Origin: Lingula anatina
Taxonomy: Eukaryota > Animalia > Brachiopoda
Assembly (NCBI GenBank): GCA_051362555.1
Contig: CM120641.1
Location: forward strand, 38,756,401-38,820,400
Length of the DNA stretch: 64,000 nt
Direction: 5' to 3'
Below are positions 37,301-50,700 of this stretch, one piece after another; the stretch's first letter is position 1; every line of letters starts with the position of its first letter. The notes beneath the pieces were generated by a model. That model did no database searches, was not told the origin of the DNA, and saw only the letters and a program-made list of their open reading frames with translations. The position numbers and the translations under genes were made by a program.

Positions 37301-40300
37301 TTACTAATTCACAAACCAATTTGAGTATTGAATATTGTGTAACTTGGCTTTTTAAGTTAATTTTTATAAGGCCAGTTTATAAATGTATTCTCTGCTAAAA
37401 ATAGCAGGTTCATTTTGATGAAAATTGACAAGGCTCTATTTTTTTTATCCTTAAAACTGGGAATATCACTGAAAATATACTTAACCAACAGGATAGAAAA
37501 GTGGACTCATCCTATAAAAATGATATCATTCAGAAAGGATACACCCACAAGGCATTTGTACAGCTTCATACTCCTGACTAGGTTCTTCAGTGACTACTTT
37601 ACTTTGCCTATTTCACAAAAAGAAAACATACTCAATATCATCATCCATACACTTAAGATAACACTTGTATTTTACATAAAGTACATGTACTTTCATTAAA
37701 AAACAAAAAGCAAAACGATTTTGAATCTTAACAGTGTAAAGATGCAGCCCTGTGAAATCCATTCTGCTAGAACATTAAAAATAGTTGAATAGTTTAAAAG
37801 AATACAACGCTACAAAGGATCCTGAATTTCTTCATTAGAAAAGACTAATTCTGAAACCATGTACAAATGGCAACTGACCTCATTTTTCCATCTAGCATTG
37901 GGAAAGTAACTTCTTCTGGTTGTCGAGAAAATGGAATTTCCTGCATGAAATCAAAGAAGCAGTTTCCAGGACCTTTCCTGACCAAGTGACCGCTGGGAGG
38001 AGAGATCACTTTCCCATCTAGAGTACAGTGCAAAATCTGGGCCTGAAATTTACAAACCCATCTATGAAAATAAATTGCTGTTTTGCTTATATACCGACAC
38101 TAGAAAATAGGGAAAAAAATTACAATGAAAAGCCCTTTTCTGAATTCAGAAAAAAAAACAACTGGTTTTCTGTTTTCCCCCTTATATGTGAAGTTAAATC
38201 TGTGAGCATCTTACCCCTCTGTATGTGTCTTCTGCAGATTTATTGTAATTCCATATTCTTAGAGCTACCATGGCAGTGGGCTGGCCAAAGTCCACTGTCA
38301 CTAAGTGGTCTTCTCCCTCTGTGTATGGCACTAGCCACATGTGCTCATCAGACATAGTGATGTTTGTCCCATCTATCAGCCTGCATAGGAGAAAATAACA
38401 TATCGCCAGTATAAATGATGTCTCATTTTAACAAATAAAGAGAGATGTGCAATAAACCACAGGGAAGATTCAAAACAGGGAAATCACTCATATGGCTATC
38501 ATGATATGGCTGCATTAAATCCCTTAAACTGTTAATTAATATCAGTGGGTGTAACTGGATTGTTCAAGTGAAGTGCACCTGGAAGGAAGGCTCAAGTCAA
38601 AATACAGAACACTCCACTGTTTGATATCTATGCGCTGGAACATGTCAGATTATTTCAAAGTTACAAAATCCATGTGCATGTACATATCTCAACATTGTAT
38701 CTCTGATAAAAGATACCCATCCAACCTCAGAGGACTTACTTGTCCAATGTCCTGTCATCAGTTTCATAGCCTGGTAAGACATGGAGATCCCTGGGGTTAG
38801 CATCTATCATATTCATGGTAATAGGTAAAGCCTCTCCATCCTTCCCTACCACCTCCAGCCCTGTCAAACCAAGGTAGTGATGGTCACCCCATGTGCTGGT
38901 GAAGTTTAACTGGAGACCTGAAGTTGGATCATCAAATTATGCTTCAGTAAAGTATTTTATTCTTCCTTTAAACATGGTTTGACTGTCACTTACTTTAATT
39001 TGATGGTCCAGAGGCTATGTTTTTGGTTAAAATGCACTTGACAATCCTGGCAACAAGGGCTCTTTTTAGATGAGATTAGACATTCTAAAGACTAAAAAAA
39101 TCAAATGTTATTGATACAAAATTTTATGTTTAACGATAGTTTTAGAATATTTAATAATCCTTTGCATACACTGCCCAGTGTAGACCACTAATTCTCCTTC
39201 ATAAGATATATGACTATGATCATCTTGGGGTTGAACAGTGCTGACATCTTGTGTCTCAATTTTGCCTCTTCCTCTTGTTCCTACTGCACAAGTGAATGGG
39301 CGATCCTGTAAGTACATTACTTAAGCATTTTAAATGCTTGTTCAAAACTATAGGCAAACACCTAATGAAAATAACATTAATAGTAATGCATAGTGATTAA
39401 AGTTGTTTCTTACTTTTCTGAATCATTTATTAAAATAAGTGAACTAATTCAGGTGTCTTTTCAATAATTTCAAAACTCACAAATACACGCCTTAATTTCA
39501 AATTTAAAATTTTGATGTTAAATGCATAATACCTGGTTCTCTTCATCAGCTGTTTTTGGCCTTTCAAATGGCACATCATCCTCCATTTCATCCTCACTAA
39601 AAGCCTCTGCCTCATAAGCTTCATCATTGAGTGAAACAGCCTCCAAGATTTCCTCATCAACAGTAAACAGTATAGTCTGAAGAAGAATGAAAAAAGGAAA
39701 AATTAAAATTGCCATAAAAATTTATTCGTAAAACAGGTGTTAGACAGCAAAGACTGGTATACATGTATATGCAGACAAAGTGCCACAAAACTTTAGTAAA
39801 ATTACTCGCAGTGTGTAACGCTAGTCTTGAATTTTTAACAAATCCAGTTAATTCAAAGTACAACAAAAAATCTGGCAATCACAGGGTGGACAGGTGTATT
39901 GGAAACTTATTAGTAAAAGCAAAATTTAAGATGGGGAGAGACACAAAAATAAAGTTACTGTTTCTGTATGGAGACATAAATGAATATTTGAATGCCTCGC
40001 TTGCATGCTCTATAATGCCAATAAAATCATATCTGTTTCTTATTATTGTACAAAGGGATGCTAGAGTGACTACAGCCTGTCTTAATCATGGCCAAATTAG
40101 GCCACACATATTATGATCTAGTGTAAACTGCACTGAGATGTAATGGAGTGCATAAAAAACAGACCCTTTTTTTACTTTTTTAATAAACAACTACACATGA
40201 AGCATGCCATGTCATCAAAGTAAGATACATCCTTGCCGGAGATAATTTTACAATTACAGAATTTCGATGTAGTTGTATAAATTTCCAGGAAATTGGCACG

Positions 40301-41649
40301 TCTATCTGGTTACACTCAATCATGCTTATCCTTGATGACATTTAACACTCACATTTAACACAGATTGAAAACACCAGGATACTGGTCCAGCCAAGGTATT
40401 TAAGAACTACTCAATTCAACCCCTAGAACAGGCAGTTTCTACAGCAGGCATAATATTTGAAGATGGCGTATGAAGTACAAGCAGCAATATGTATTGTATG
40501 CCTAGTTTTGAGTGGATATGGCAAAGGGCAATGTGCAGGTAATACATTTTTTTTTACTTATATATAAAAGCAGTATTGGCTATACAGATTGCATGGGCTA
40601 ATATACCAAAGGCAAGCCACACCCTTGCAAAACAATGAATTCAAATTTGGCTTTGCCCTGCAAGGGCAAATAATACAAGGTGAAAATAATACATGTAACC
40701 TTTCACTTCAGCCTCAGCCAAATGAAGCAGAAAGTGGTCCAAAAACATGTAGTTATAGGGTGCTTCTGACAAAGGAACACAACATAGTGTTGATTATTGT
40801 TAGTTTTCTAAAATAGTCGGAAACGACAGGAAAACTGACAAATCATTTTCTATTCCAACAAAGTTTTTCATAACTTCATAATTATCTTCATATATACACA
40901 CATACCGACATATATATATACATGTTTATAGGTTCAGACCAAGTTTCCTGCACATGTTCATGCCCATCTGTGACCCCCAGATTGTGGCTTTCTCAGTTAT
41001 GAGGAACACCTCCATGGGACCTTTGAATGCCGACACCATCATCAGCTTTGATAGAATACTATCTAATGCAGGTGGTGGCTTTAACCAACAGACCTCCAAG
41101 TTCACAGCTCCACAGTCAGGTACCTATGTTCTGTCAATGTCTGTGAGTTCTACAAATAATGGGTTTTCATGGGTACGGATGTACAAGAACACTGAAAACC
41201 TCGTATCTGTACATGCATACGGCAAGCCTTATGCTATGGCATCTAACCAAGTGATTGTGCCACTGATGGAAGGAGATACAGTATGGCTGGATTTGGCAGC
41301 AACTTCGGCTATATTCGGCCAAGGTGGTCCAAGGATTTACAATACCTTTTCTGGGTTCGAACTTTAAAAGTTACCAGGCAGAAAATCTATTTCCAAGAAT
41401 GTTTCACATTTTCAGACAAGCTCGGCAATTATAAATACTTTAAATTCATAATCTATAAATACTTTAAATTCAATCTGGCTGCACCTTCATGACTGTTGAA
41501 CCTTTTATTGATAAGAGATTATTTTGATGTCCAATTTTGTAATATCAAGAAAATAAAGAGTCTTAAATTTGAGCAAAGATTTTCACTCACTAAGAAATAC
41601 ATGGTAAATCTATGCTCTGAAATATTAAGATGAATGGGATTTTTGAAAG

Positions 41650-41734
<85 letters not shown>

Positions 41735-44700
41735 TTAAAATCCCTGTTTCATGAAGATACTCACATCCCCAAAAGCTTCTGTTCCTCCCATGACCCCACC
41801 ACAGGCACGAGCTATCTCCCCCTTGAAGATGAAACTGCCGTCCAGCATCATTTCCACATCTTTGGCACCTCGATAAGAATGAATTCTGGATTTATTGTAG
41901 TTCTGGAACAATAGAAAGAAGTGAGTAATACCAATTCCTGTTTTTCTTGGGTGATCAAGGGTGCAGGACAAAAAAGAATGCCATCACTACTTACAAATTT
42001 AGCCTTTTCACATTGCTGAAACATTTTATTTTGAAATAAAAAAAAATATAGTAATTTAAACCAAAGCACATTATCCAGAAAATTCATGACTTTGTCTTAA
42101 TGCCCTGCCATGAGTAGCTCCATTAAAAGCAAGCTTAATGAAGGGATGAAACTCATATTTCCTTTTCAGAGAAATATATCATTACAGGATCCATTTTCCT
42201 ATATCCTGTTCTCAATATTCAATTAACATAATAATCCAGTAGTACTCTATTTACCCAAAATTACAGGTGTCTTTTTCCAGGAAAATACTTTTATTTCATG
42301 CATTTGGCTTCAATTTTCCTATCTTACCGAATGTTATAAAGACAATTATTTCCTTCACAAGAGAATTATCTTTTCTCCAATTACATGAATCCATACTATG
42401 AATATAATAAGTCAACAGGCAAAACTAAATCTGGTCACCTACCCATATCCTGACCATTGCCACTTTGCATGGTTCCTCAAATGTAATATAGATAAAGTGG
42501 TTTCCTCCTTTGGTAAAAGGGGCCAACCACATGTGTATGTCATCTCTGGTCCTATTGATCCCATCAATTAAATTAGCTGCTACACGAGGATCTTTGCCAT
42601 AATCATTCAGCACATTTATGTCTGGTGGGTTAGCTGAAATCTGCAAGATCAAACATGTTTCACAATGATATATCACTAACATAGGTGAGAAATGAATTTT
42701 CCACAGACAACAGATGATGGAAATCTGCTACAGATATCTGCTGCAAATATTCATCAAGAGCTTCATAAATATTGAATCAATCTCTATAAAAACTGGTTGG
42801 ATTTTGCAAAATGGAAGGCAACTGATGATAGCATTATGTTACTGAAAACGTACACAAGCTCTCCTAAATGTACGTTTTAAAGACAAGAAGTCTTTATTTC
42901 TTATACTCTTACTTTTGCCACAGGAACTGGCACCCCTTTACTGCTGAAGATTTCAATACCATTGAGACCCACATAGTGTTTATCACCCCAAGTAGACTTG
43001 ATATTTATCACCAGTTCTTTCCCAAATGGAAGTTCGGGGATCATAAAGTCCTCTCTATAAAACAAAGGAAATAATTTAAACATTTTTTAAGTCACACAAT
43101 AAGCATTGGACCTTTGTAAAGGGAAAATATTACTTTTCTGAAAATTTCAACCTCTGTCCCTTTATTACCAAGGCATACCATATCTAATACTGTTCTCAGA
43201 ATTACTTTCCATAAACCAGCCTCAACAGTTCAGGATCAGGTATACCTTTTTTTTTAATGAAAAAAGAGTGATTAATGTGTGTGACATTTCTCTTATTTAA
43301 TCTTTAATTTGATTGTCACAATATATATTTTTTGTGTTGTCAGTCTGTCCTTACTCAATCCCAGTTTCTTCCTGGATTGTCGGTTCAAATGGCTGCTTTT
43401 TTTCCAACTGCAAATATTCATCAAGAGCATCACCTGAAAAAATTGACAAATCATAACTTACATAATTATTCAATCAATAGACCAAACTGCACATTAATTA
43501 GAAACTTTAATATCACATTGTCATACAAAAAAATTAAGATGTGTTCCTTTAAGAAGAGCATAACTCAAAAGTTGACCATTATATTGTTGATTCTTTGAGA
43601 AAAAATCTTCTTGACACTATTTATCAAAATAATTATGATATCAATTTCCATCAAATATTTTCTTCTTTTATGAAGTATTTTACAAAAAAAAAAAGGATTG
43701 GTTGAATCTTTTGCAATCACCTTCAAAATCTACTGATATCCTTCCTTTATGAGACTTTGAAAATAAGTCCAGTGATGTCCAAGACTCTTCAAGACTAAAC
43801 TCTTTGAGGTGTTTCTTCTTATTCCTGTGATTCTCTCTTTTCTGCTCAATTTTCTTCATTGGTGGTTCATCGTCTGAGTCTATGGAGACTTGCCTTTGCC
43901 TCCATCTTAATTCTTCATTTTCATCAGCGACATGATCTTATGGAAATATAACATACACAAGGAATATTACTCTAACATACAGAGAGTAGCTGAAAGTCAC
44001 TTGAATGAATTTAAATCTTAATATTTTTATCTTAATAAAAATTGGGCCTTGAATCATGGAATATGAGATTTAATAAAACTGAACATCTAACTCTGATGTA
44101 ATTATTAAACATTCTCAAGGAAGTGATCCATGGTTTTTGACCACTGATAGCGAAGGAAAGATTTCAATCAGACTACTACATGTAACAAATCAGAGTAAAG
44201 GAAACATATCATCAATCAGGCGGCAAACAATATGGCAGATTACAGATTATACTTTCAGTCATTATGTTGTGATGCAGATCTCAACCAAATTCAGTTATTG
44301 TATAGAATTCAAATGCTATCAAATCAATCAAAATTAAAGAATAATTGTCTTGGCCAAAATATATGCAACAGAAATGCTTTTAAAGAAGCACGGCTAACTG
44401 GTATATTCTAGAATAGCTTTTCAAGTCAGATCATTTTTTCTTTTGCTTATTTTCTTAAAAAGGTCTATTGAATTTAAAGGCACAACAACCTGGGGTATGC
44501 TTTCTCCTGTCCCTCTTCCCGTCAGTGTCTGGGTCCAGGACAGTGGGCAGTGCCTCCACTCTGAAAATAACAACAGTGCATTCAGTTTGGAAATCCTAGT
44601 CTACAAACACAGTTAGATTGACATCAACAGGCAATTACCATTAACATTTTGAAAAATAATCATTTTCACTAATGTCTGAGGTTGACATGCAATAAACTGT

Positions 44701-47700
44701 TCACTTTTTACAATTAACAAACCCTAATCATACACTGACCCTGCACTCGGCCACATGGGCAGGGCATCATCTATGGTCTGAGGCTGAGCGCTGGAACGTG
44801 ACCCTGCTCTGCTTTCTGGGGGAGCAATGAAAGGGTCTGCAAGAAAATGACTCACAGTCACTTAATGCACAGTGCATCAAAGTCATTATGCATGATGTAT
44901 CTTTTTGTGTAAATACCTTGGCCAATACAATATTCCAAAATCAGATGTACAACTAGGAGCTATGTGGTTGAGAATTGAAAACACAATTAATGTTAAATTT
45001 TGCACCTTTTTTAATCCATCCAACTATCTTCAGCATGAAATAATTCTTGACCTTTTAAAATATTGCTCAGTAAATAAATATATCTCACCAGTTATTTCTT
45101 CTGCCTTTAACCACTTAGGGACTTCCTTAGGCTTTGATGGTCCACTACTAATAACAAACAATTAAAACATTATACATAAGACACCTATCAATGAAAAAAA
45201 CAAATTAAACACAAATAAAATGAATAGTATACCAAATTTTCCTTTGCGAAAATAATCAGAGTCAACAGCAAAATATCTATGATTAAATAATTTTGTAAAT
45301 TCATAAAGTTAATTTGTTAATAAAAGACACACATGATATTCAAACAAAAATTCCACAACAGTACTATTGTAACTTTTAGTAATGAATTAGTGTACACTTT
45401 TAAGAAAAGGCAAACAGAACAAACAGATTTTTTATATTTCTCAGTGAGATTTGCATTTGTTCAGTACATAAGGACATATATTAGTACCATCTCCTAGTGG
45501 CAAAATATGAAAATGAATTAAATCCATGTACCGACTGATGGAAAATAAATGCTGTAAAAGCACCATGTGCGGTATAAATTTTAGCACTATAAATATTCAG
45601 CTGCATCATTACCACCAACCTTTAAAGATCAATCACTTAAATTTTGCCTCTTACCTGCATCATTACCATTTTTATCAAGTTATTAATCAAAATTATAGGC
45701 AAAATCATGATAAATCAGCATAAGCTATAATTTTTGTACCTGATCAATGACAGGCATCTTTTCATGAACGCAACATGAGCAAAAAGATTTGCAACTAAAA
45801 CATTTTGATATATTTTGCTGCCAGAAGATGGCACTACGGGTACTTAGGAAGCATGTTTACTGGGGTCTACTGGCTTCTACACTAGATTCCAGCCACTGGG
45901 GTCTGCTTGGGCTATGGCTACCAGCTCTACTACTGGGAAGATTGAAGAAGACATTTTTGGTGATACAAAAATCAAAGTGCTATTGAAAACACAGTATAAA
46001 ATTGTCTCACTGCAAACACAACACACAGGTTAAATTAATAATGTGACTATATGTGTCTACAGATCAAGGTTAATTAATCACACCACATCTAGAGCAATAT
46101 ATTATTAAATACATTATCTTCCAATGTTATCAATTATACCTTTACATCAACTTGGCATTTCATCTGCTAAACATATATTATTAATTTCAATCTACTAGGC
46201 TTATGTTGTATTCTCTCCATACTTAGTAATTTCCTGTATCTGTTGTAACATGGAGACCCCATCCATACTGTCACTGACAGAGTCCTGCACATCTGTGGTT
46301 AATACTGGTTCCTTGGATTTTGGTGTCTTTTCACTAGCCTTTGACGTCTTTTTCTCTGGTGTTATTGTTTTTTCATCAGCCTTGGGTGTCTTTTCTATTC
46401 CCTTTGGGTTCTTCTGTTTGGATTTACTTTGGGATAGTTTTGGATTACTAAAAACCCAAAATGAATTTAATACTTTCTTTAATCACAGTTAATTTTTTTC
46501 TGCAGTAAAAATAAACTAAAGAGTGAAAATAATTTCTCTGGATAACAAATAAATCTACATATCTAACATTATTACTTAACAGAACAATCCTTATCAATAA
46601 GTTTTTACATAGGCAAATAATGTTTTATTTATATTGCAAAACCAATTCATTTAAGTACCTGTCACTTTTTCTTGGACTAGGAGAAGGCTGGTCTTTCGAT
46701 TGTGGGTCAAAATTTGCTGCCATTCTTTTAGAAACTTTGGGAGATTTTGCTGTTATCACTTTGGGGTCTGGGTTGGTACTTTGGTTGGTCTCCTTTGATA
46801 TTGAAGCTCTGATTGATGCTTAAATGCAATATCAACACATATATGTACAGAATTGAAGAAAAATTGTTTTAACAAAACACAGAAAACATGTTTACAGTAA
46901 CTAATCACAAACTCCTAAATACTGTTTTAAAAGAGTTAAAAATTACTAAAAAGCAACTGATAAAAAATATGCAATTAAATGAGCAATCATTTATTTTCAA
47001 CCCTCTCAGTTAAACAAACTAACAGAAAAAAAGAATACAGCAAACATTCTATTTTAATTTCATTTAATATAAACTCATGATCACCTCTGACGTGTGTTGA
47101 GGCTGTGGTGTCATCCACCACTGGTAACTGTAAGTTTCCTGTGGAGTGGTCAAGTGTCCTGGTCTCGGGCCTGGTTGGAGAGTGGTCACTGAGAGTGACA
47201 GTCACAGATCTATTGACATCCATACTCCTTTCAACTCTGCCCTGTGCCAGCTGGTTACCCACAGCTGCACTATCGCTTCCCTTTTGATTTGATTCAGAGG
47301 TATCATCCTCTCTTAATACTATAGTCTTACTGTAGTCAAACACCTGATTTCCACAGCCTTTGTCTATGTCTCCACTGAATATCAACTCTGCCCCCAAAAA
47401 CACTTGCATAGCCTTAACTCCAACTGAAAGTTCCTGGAATGTGCAAAGAAAACACCTCTTATATACTTCCTTGTACTAAAAAAAAATCAGTTGCATTTTA
47501 TAATATTCTGATGTTAAAAAATTGACTCCTCTCTTCTTACTTAAGATATATTTACAACCTATGACAAAATGAAGCCTTCAAAACACCTGTCCAGGTAATT
47601 CATTTAGTGACACTAGATTTTTAAGCATGGCACACTCACATTGAGACTCTTGTTATAATTCCATATTCTTAACTTCGAGATTCCAAATTCTTTAGAGCTG

Positions 47701-50700
47701 TCTTTGCCTCGCTTTACATTGAGTGTGATCTCAACTGGTTTCTCAGGTACAAAAGAGCAGCTCCACATATTCCTTTCCTTAGTAGTCTGAAGAAAGTGAA
47801 GACATAAAATATAGATATTACAAAATTACCAGATTTCTATTTATCCTATGATTTGGTACTTCAGACAGATACAAATATTGATATATGACCAAGCCCTGCA
47901 GGAAAGAAGAGACTATTGTTAATAATACATAAACATATATGTATTCCCTTTTTAACTTAGTGATGTATCACAGAAAATAGTAGGAAAAACAGAAAATAAA
48001 ACAATATTAGATTCCCAAGCTAACCTTCTGAATTATCACAGCATCTCTATAACAAATTAAAAATTTAATTTCCACAAGTTGTTCCTTACCTTAAATCTCC
48101 CGTTAAACAGATTGTCTAAGTCCCCTTTGCAGTCCTTGGCACCATAAACCTGTACATCCCCACAGGTAAGGTCTATTCTATTCCCTTCACTATCAAATGC
48201 CTGGATTTCAGTGAGGCCGATTCTGCTCGGGTGTCCCCAGTTAGAAAGCAGCACCAGGTGAAGCTCAACTATATCTTCTGATTGAACTGGGTTAGGAGAT
48301 ACCTGGAAGATGAAGACCAGTAGAAAATTCTCTTTGTTGAGAAGCTTATCACATCTTACAGAATCTCATACAAATTACAAAGAAAAAAATGTACACTAAA
48401 TACAGCACTTACCCCGTCAATTGCCACTTGCCTCTTCATGGAACCACCTCGTTTTTTGTCGAAGGGATGTGAAATAGCTTGTTCCCCCACTCCAGTAACA
48501 TCCTGGCTGTTTGGCTTGGACATAGCTTCTGAGGATAATCTGGGTGAATTCTCTGCAGAGGCTGTGTCTTCAATCTTGGACAGTGCTTTGAGAAGTTTTT
48601 TCTGCTGCCTAGGAAGTAATTTTATATTTGTGGTTTATTTTGCATGATTAGATGCATGAAGAAATGACAGGGGGAACATGAATGACTACTGGTGAGCTGG
48701 GGAGCACACTTTACAACAGCACACAGTGTTACATCACTGCATGTCAAAATATAGCAAATACAAGTTAGAATGTTTTTATGTGTAACATAAAACAATGGAA
48801 CTCCTTGAGTTATACTTACTTCCCTTCCATCTGAAGCACTTTCTTTAATACTTTGGTGAGTTTCTCCTCACTAAGTTGTGGTGGAGAGACATCTACTGGA
48901 ATGTTTTCTGCTGCATCAGGGACTTTATTCTCTGGCAGCTTGGAAGTCACAGAGCTTGGACGGACATTTTCTGATTTAGAATTCATTGGCAGAGATACCT
49001 GAAAGGTAAGATGTTATTTCTAAAACACTAAAACAGTATATTCTACCATATTTATCTGATCTAAATGCCCATCACCTGACAACAAAAGTGAAATACCAAT
49101 TTTTTATATAATTCTGAGACTAAATTTGTAATAGCTATGATGCTCCCTTTCATTTTATATTTAATTCAAGAAAAATAAATATTCAAAACATGCTGTTATT
49201 TTCTTTTCTGCCTGCCACTGATTTGCAAACTTTGATGTATCGTGCCTTCCACCCAACCCTCCCCTTCACTACTGACTTGAAAACATACTACAACATCTTG
49301 AATAATTCTGCACTCATCTCCTATCTATAATCAGTGGCATAAAGATATTACAAAAAAAGTTTAAAAAAAACAGCAACAATAACAAAAAAGAATAAAGACA
49401 AAACCAAACATTTGCCCACCTGCTGTGACTGTCTGGACGGAGCACTCTTGGTATCTCTGGCATATTTCTCCACCTCTGCATTCTCTGCTTGGATGGCTTG
49501 CAGGACAGCTGAGCGGTCAACTGTGCTGTCCAGTTGGGAACTGGTGGATTTACTCTTCTTACTGGCAGAGAGTGGACGGCTTGGCTTTCTGAGTGGTTGG
49601 TCTGCAATATGGTATTTGAAATTAAATAAAATTGCTCTTCATAAATATTTTAATTTCAATTTTAAGTCATCAGGTATGCTGTATTTCAGGTAAAATTTTT
49701 ACTTTATTAAATAATATCAGAGATAAGGAAATAAATAAAATACTAATATGTAAACAAAAATAAGGCATGTCTCTTTTTTTGTTGTTATTTGCTAAAATAA
49801 TGCTAAACTCCTACCAGGAGCCAGAATAACATCTTTAGAAGCAGGCTTAGAATCCTCCTTTTTGGGTTTTCTGGGTGGTGGATCTTCTGCAAGTGATCTT
49901 CTTTTTCCTGATGACAAATCTCTTTCTTTTCTCTTACCTTAAAAAGTAAAAACAGTAAATTTACTAAACATTAAAAAAAGTTGAAATTTCCACACACTTT
50001 TAAAATGTCAGTGGATTTTCAACTTTAAGTAAATAAGCATAATCTATTGAAACAAATTTAAAACCTCAAAAATAATTCAATACACTCAACTCAACCAGAT
50101 AAAATAAACAGTGGGAAAGCATATTCTTAACCTATAAATTTAAGATAAAACCCAAACTCAATCCATTATTTTTTCATTGCTTATTTCACATAACTGACAC
50201 AAACTCTGGATCAAGTACATTGGAAATTGGAAATATGAAAATTTTGTACCAATGCTGGGACCAAATTCCAGCACTATCATATCTCCTGGAGCCCACGGAT
50301 TCTCCTCCAACGTTTTTTGTCTCTTTACTTTCTCAACTGGCTGCTGTGACTGTGCCACATGTTTCGTTTCTTCTCTCCTCCTCCTTTCAAAAGAATCTGC
50401 TACCATATCTTCCTCTACCTCAGCAATTCTTTTCTCTGTCACTTTCTCTGGTATGGGACTCTGACCTCCAGTTTCTTCCTCTCCCTATGTGAAATCAGCA
50501 GCATATATGACTCTTCAACACTTACATTTTTCACTTACATGGAGCATTTTTAAATTTCTTCAATGACATAAATTATATTTACTACTAGTACTTCATAATG
50601 ATTACCTCATTTGACTGAAAGCAAGAAAATAATAACAATGATGGATTTTATGCAACAAATATTTGTTACTTAATAAAATGATTTTATTAATAATTAAGCC

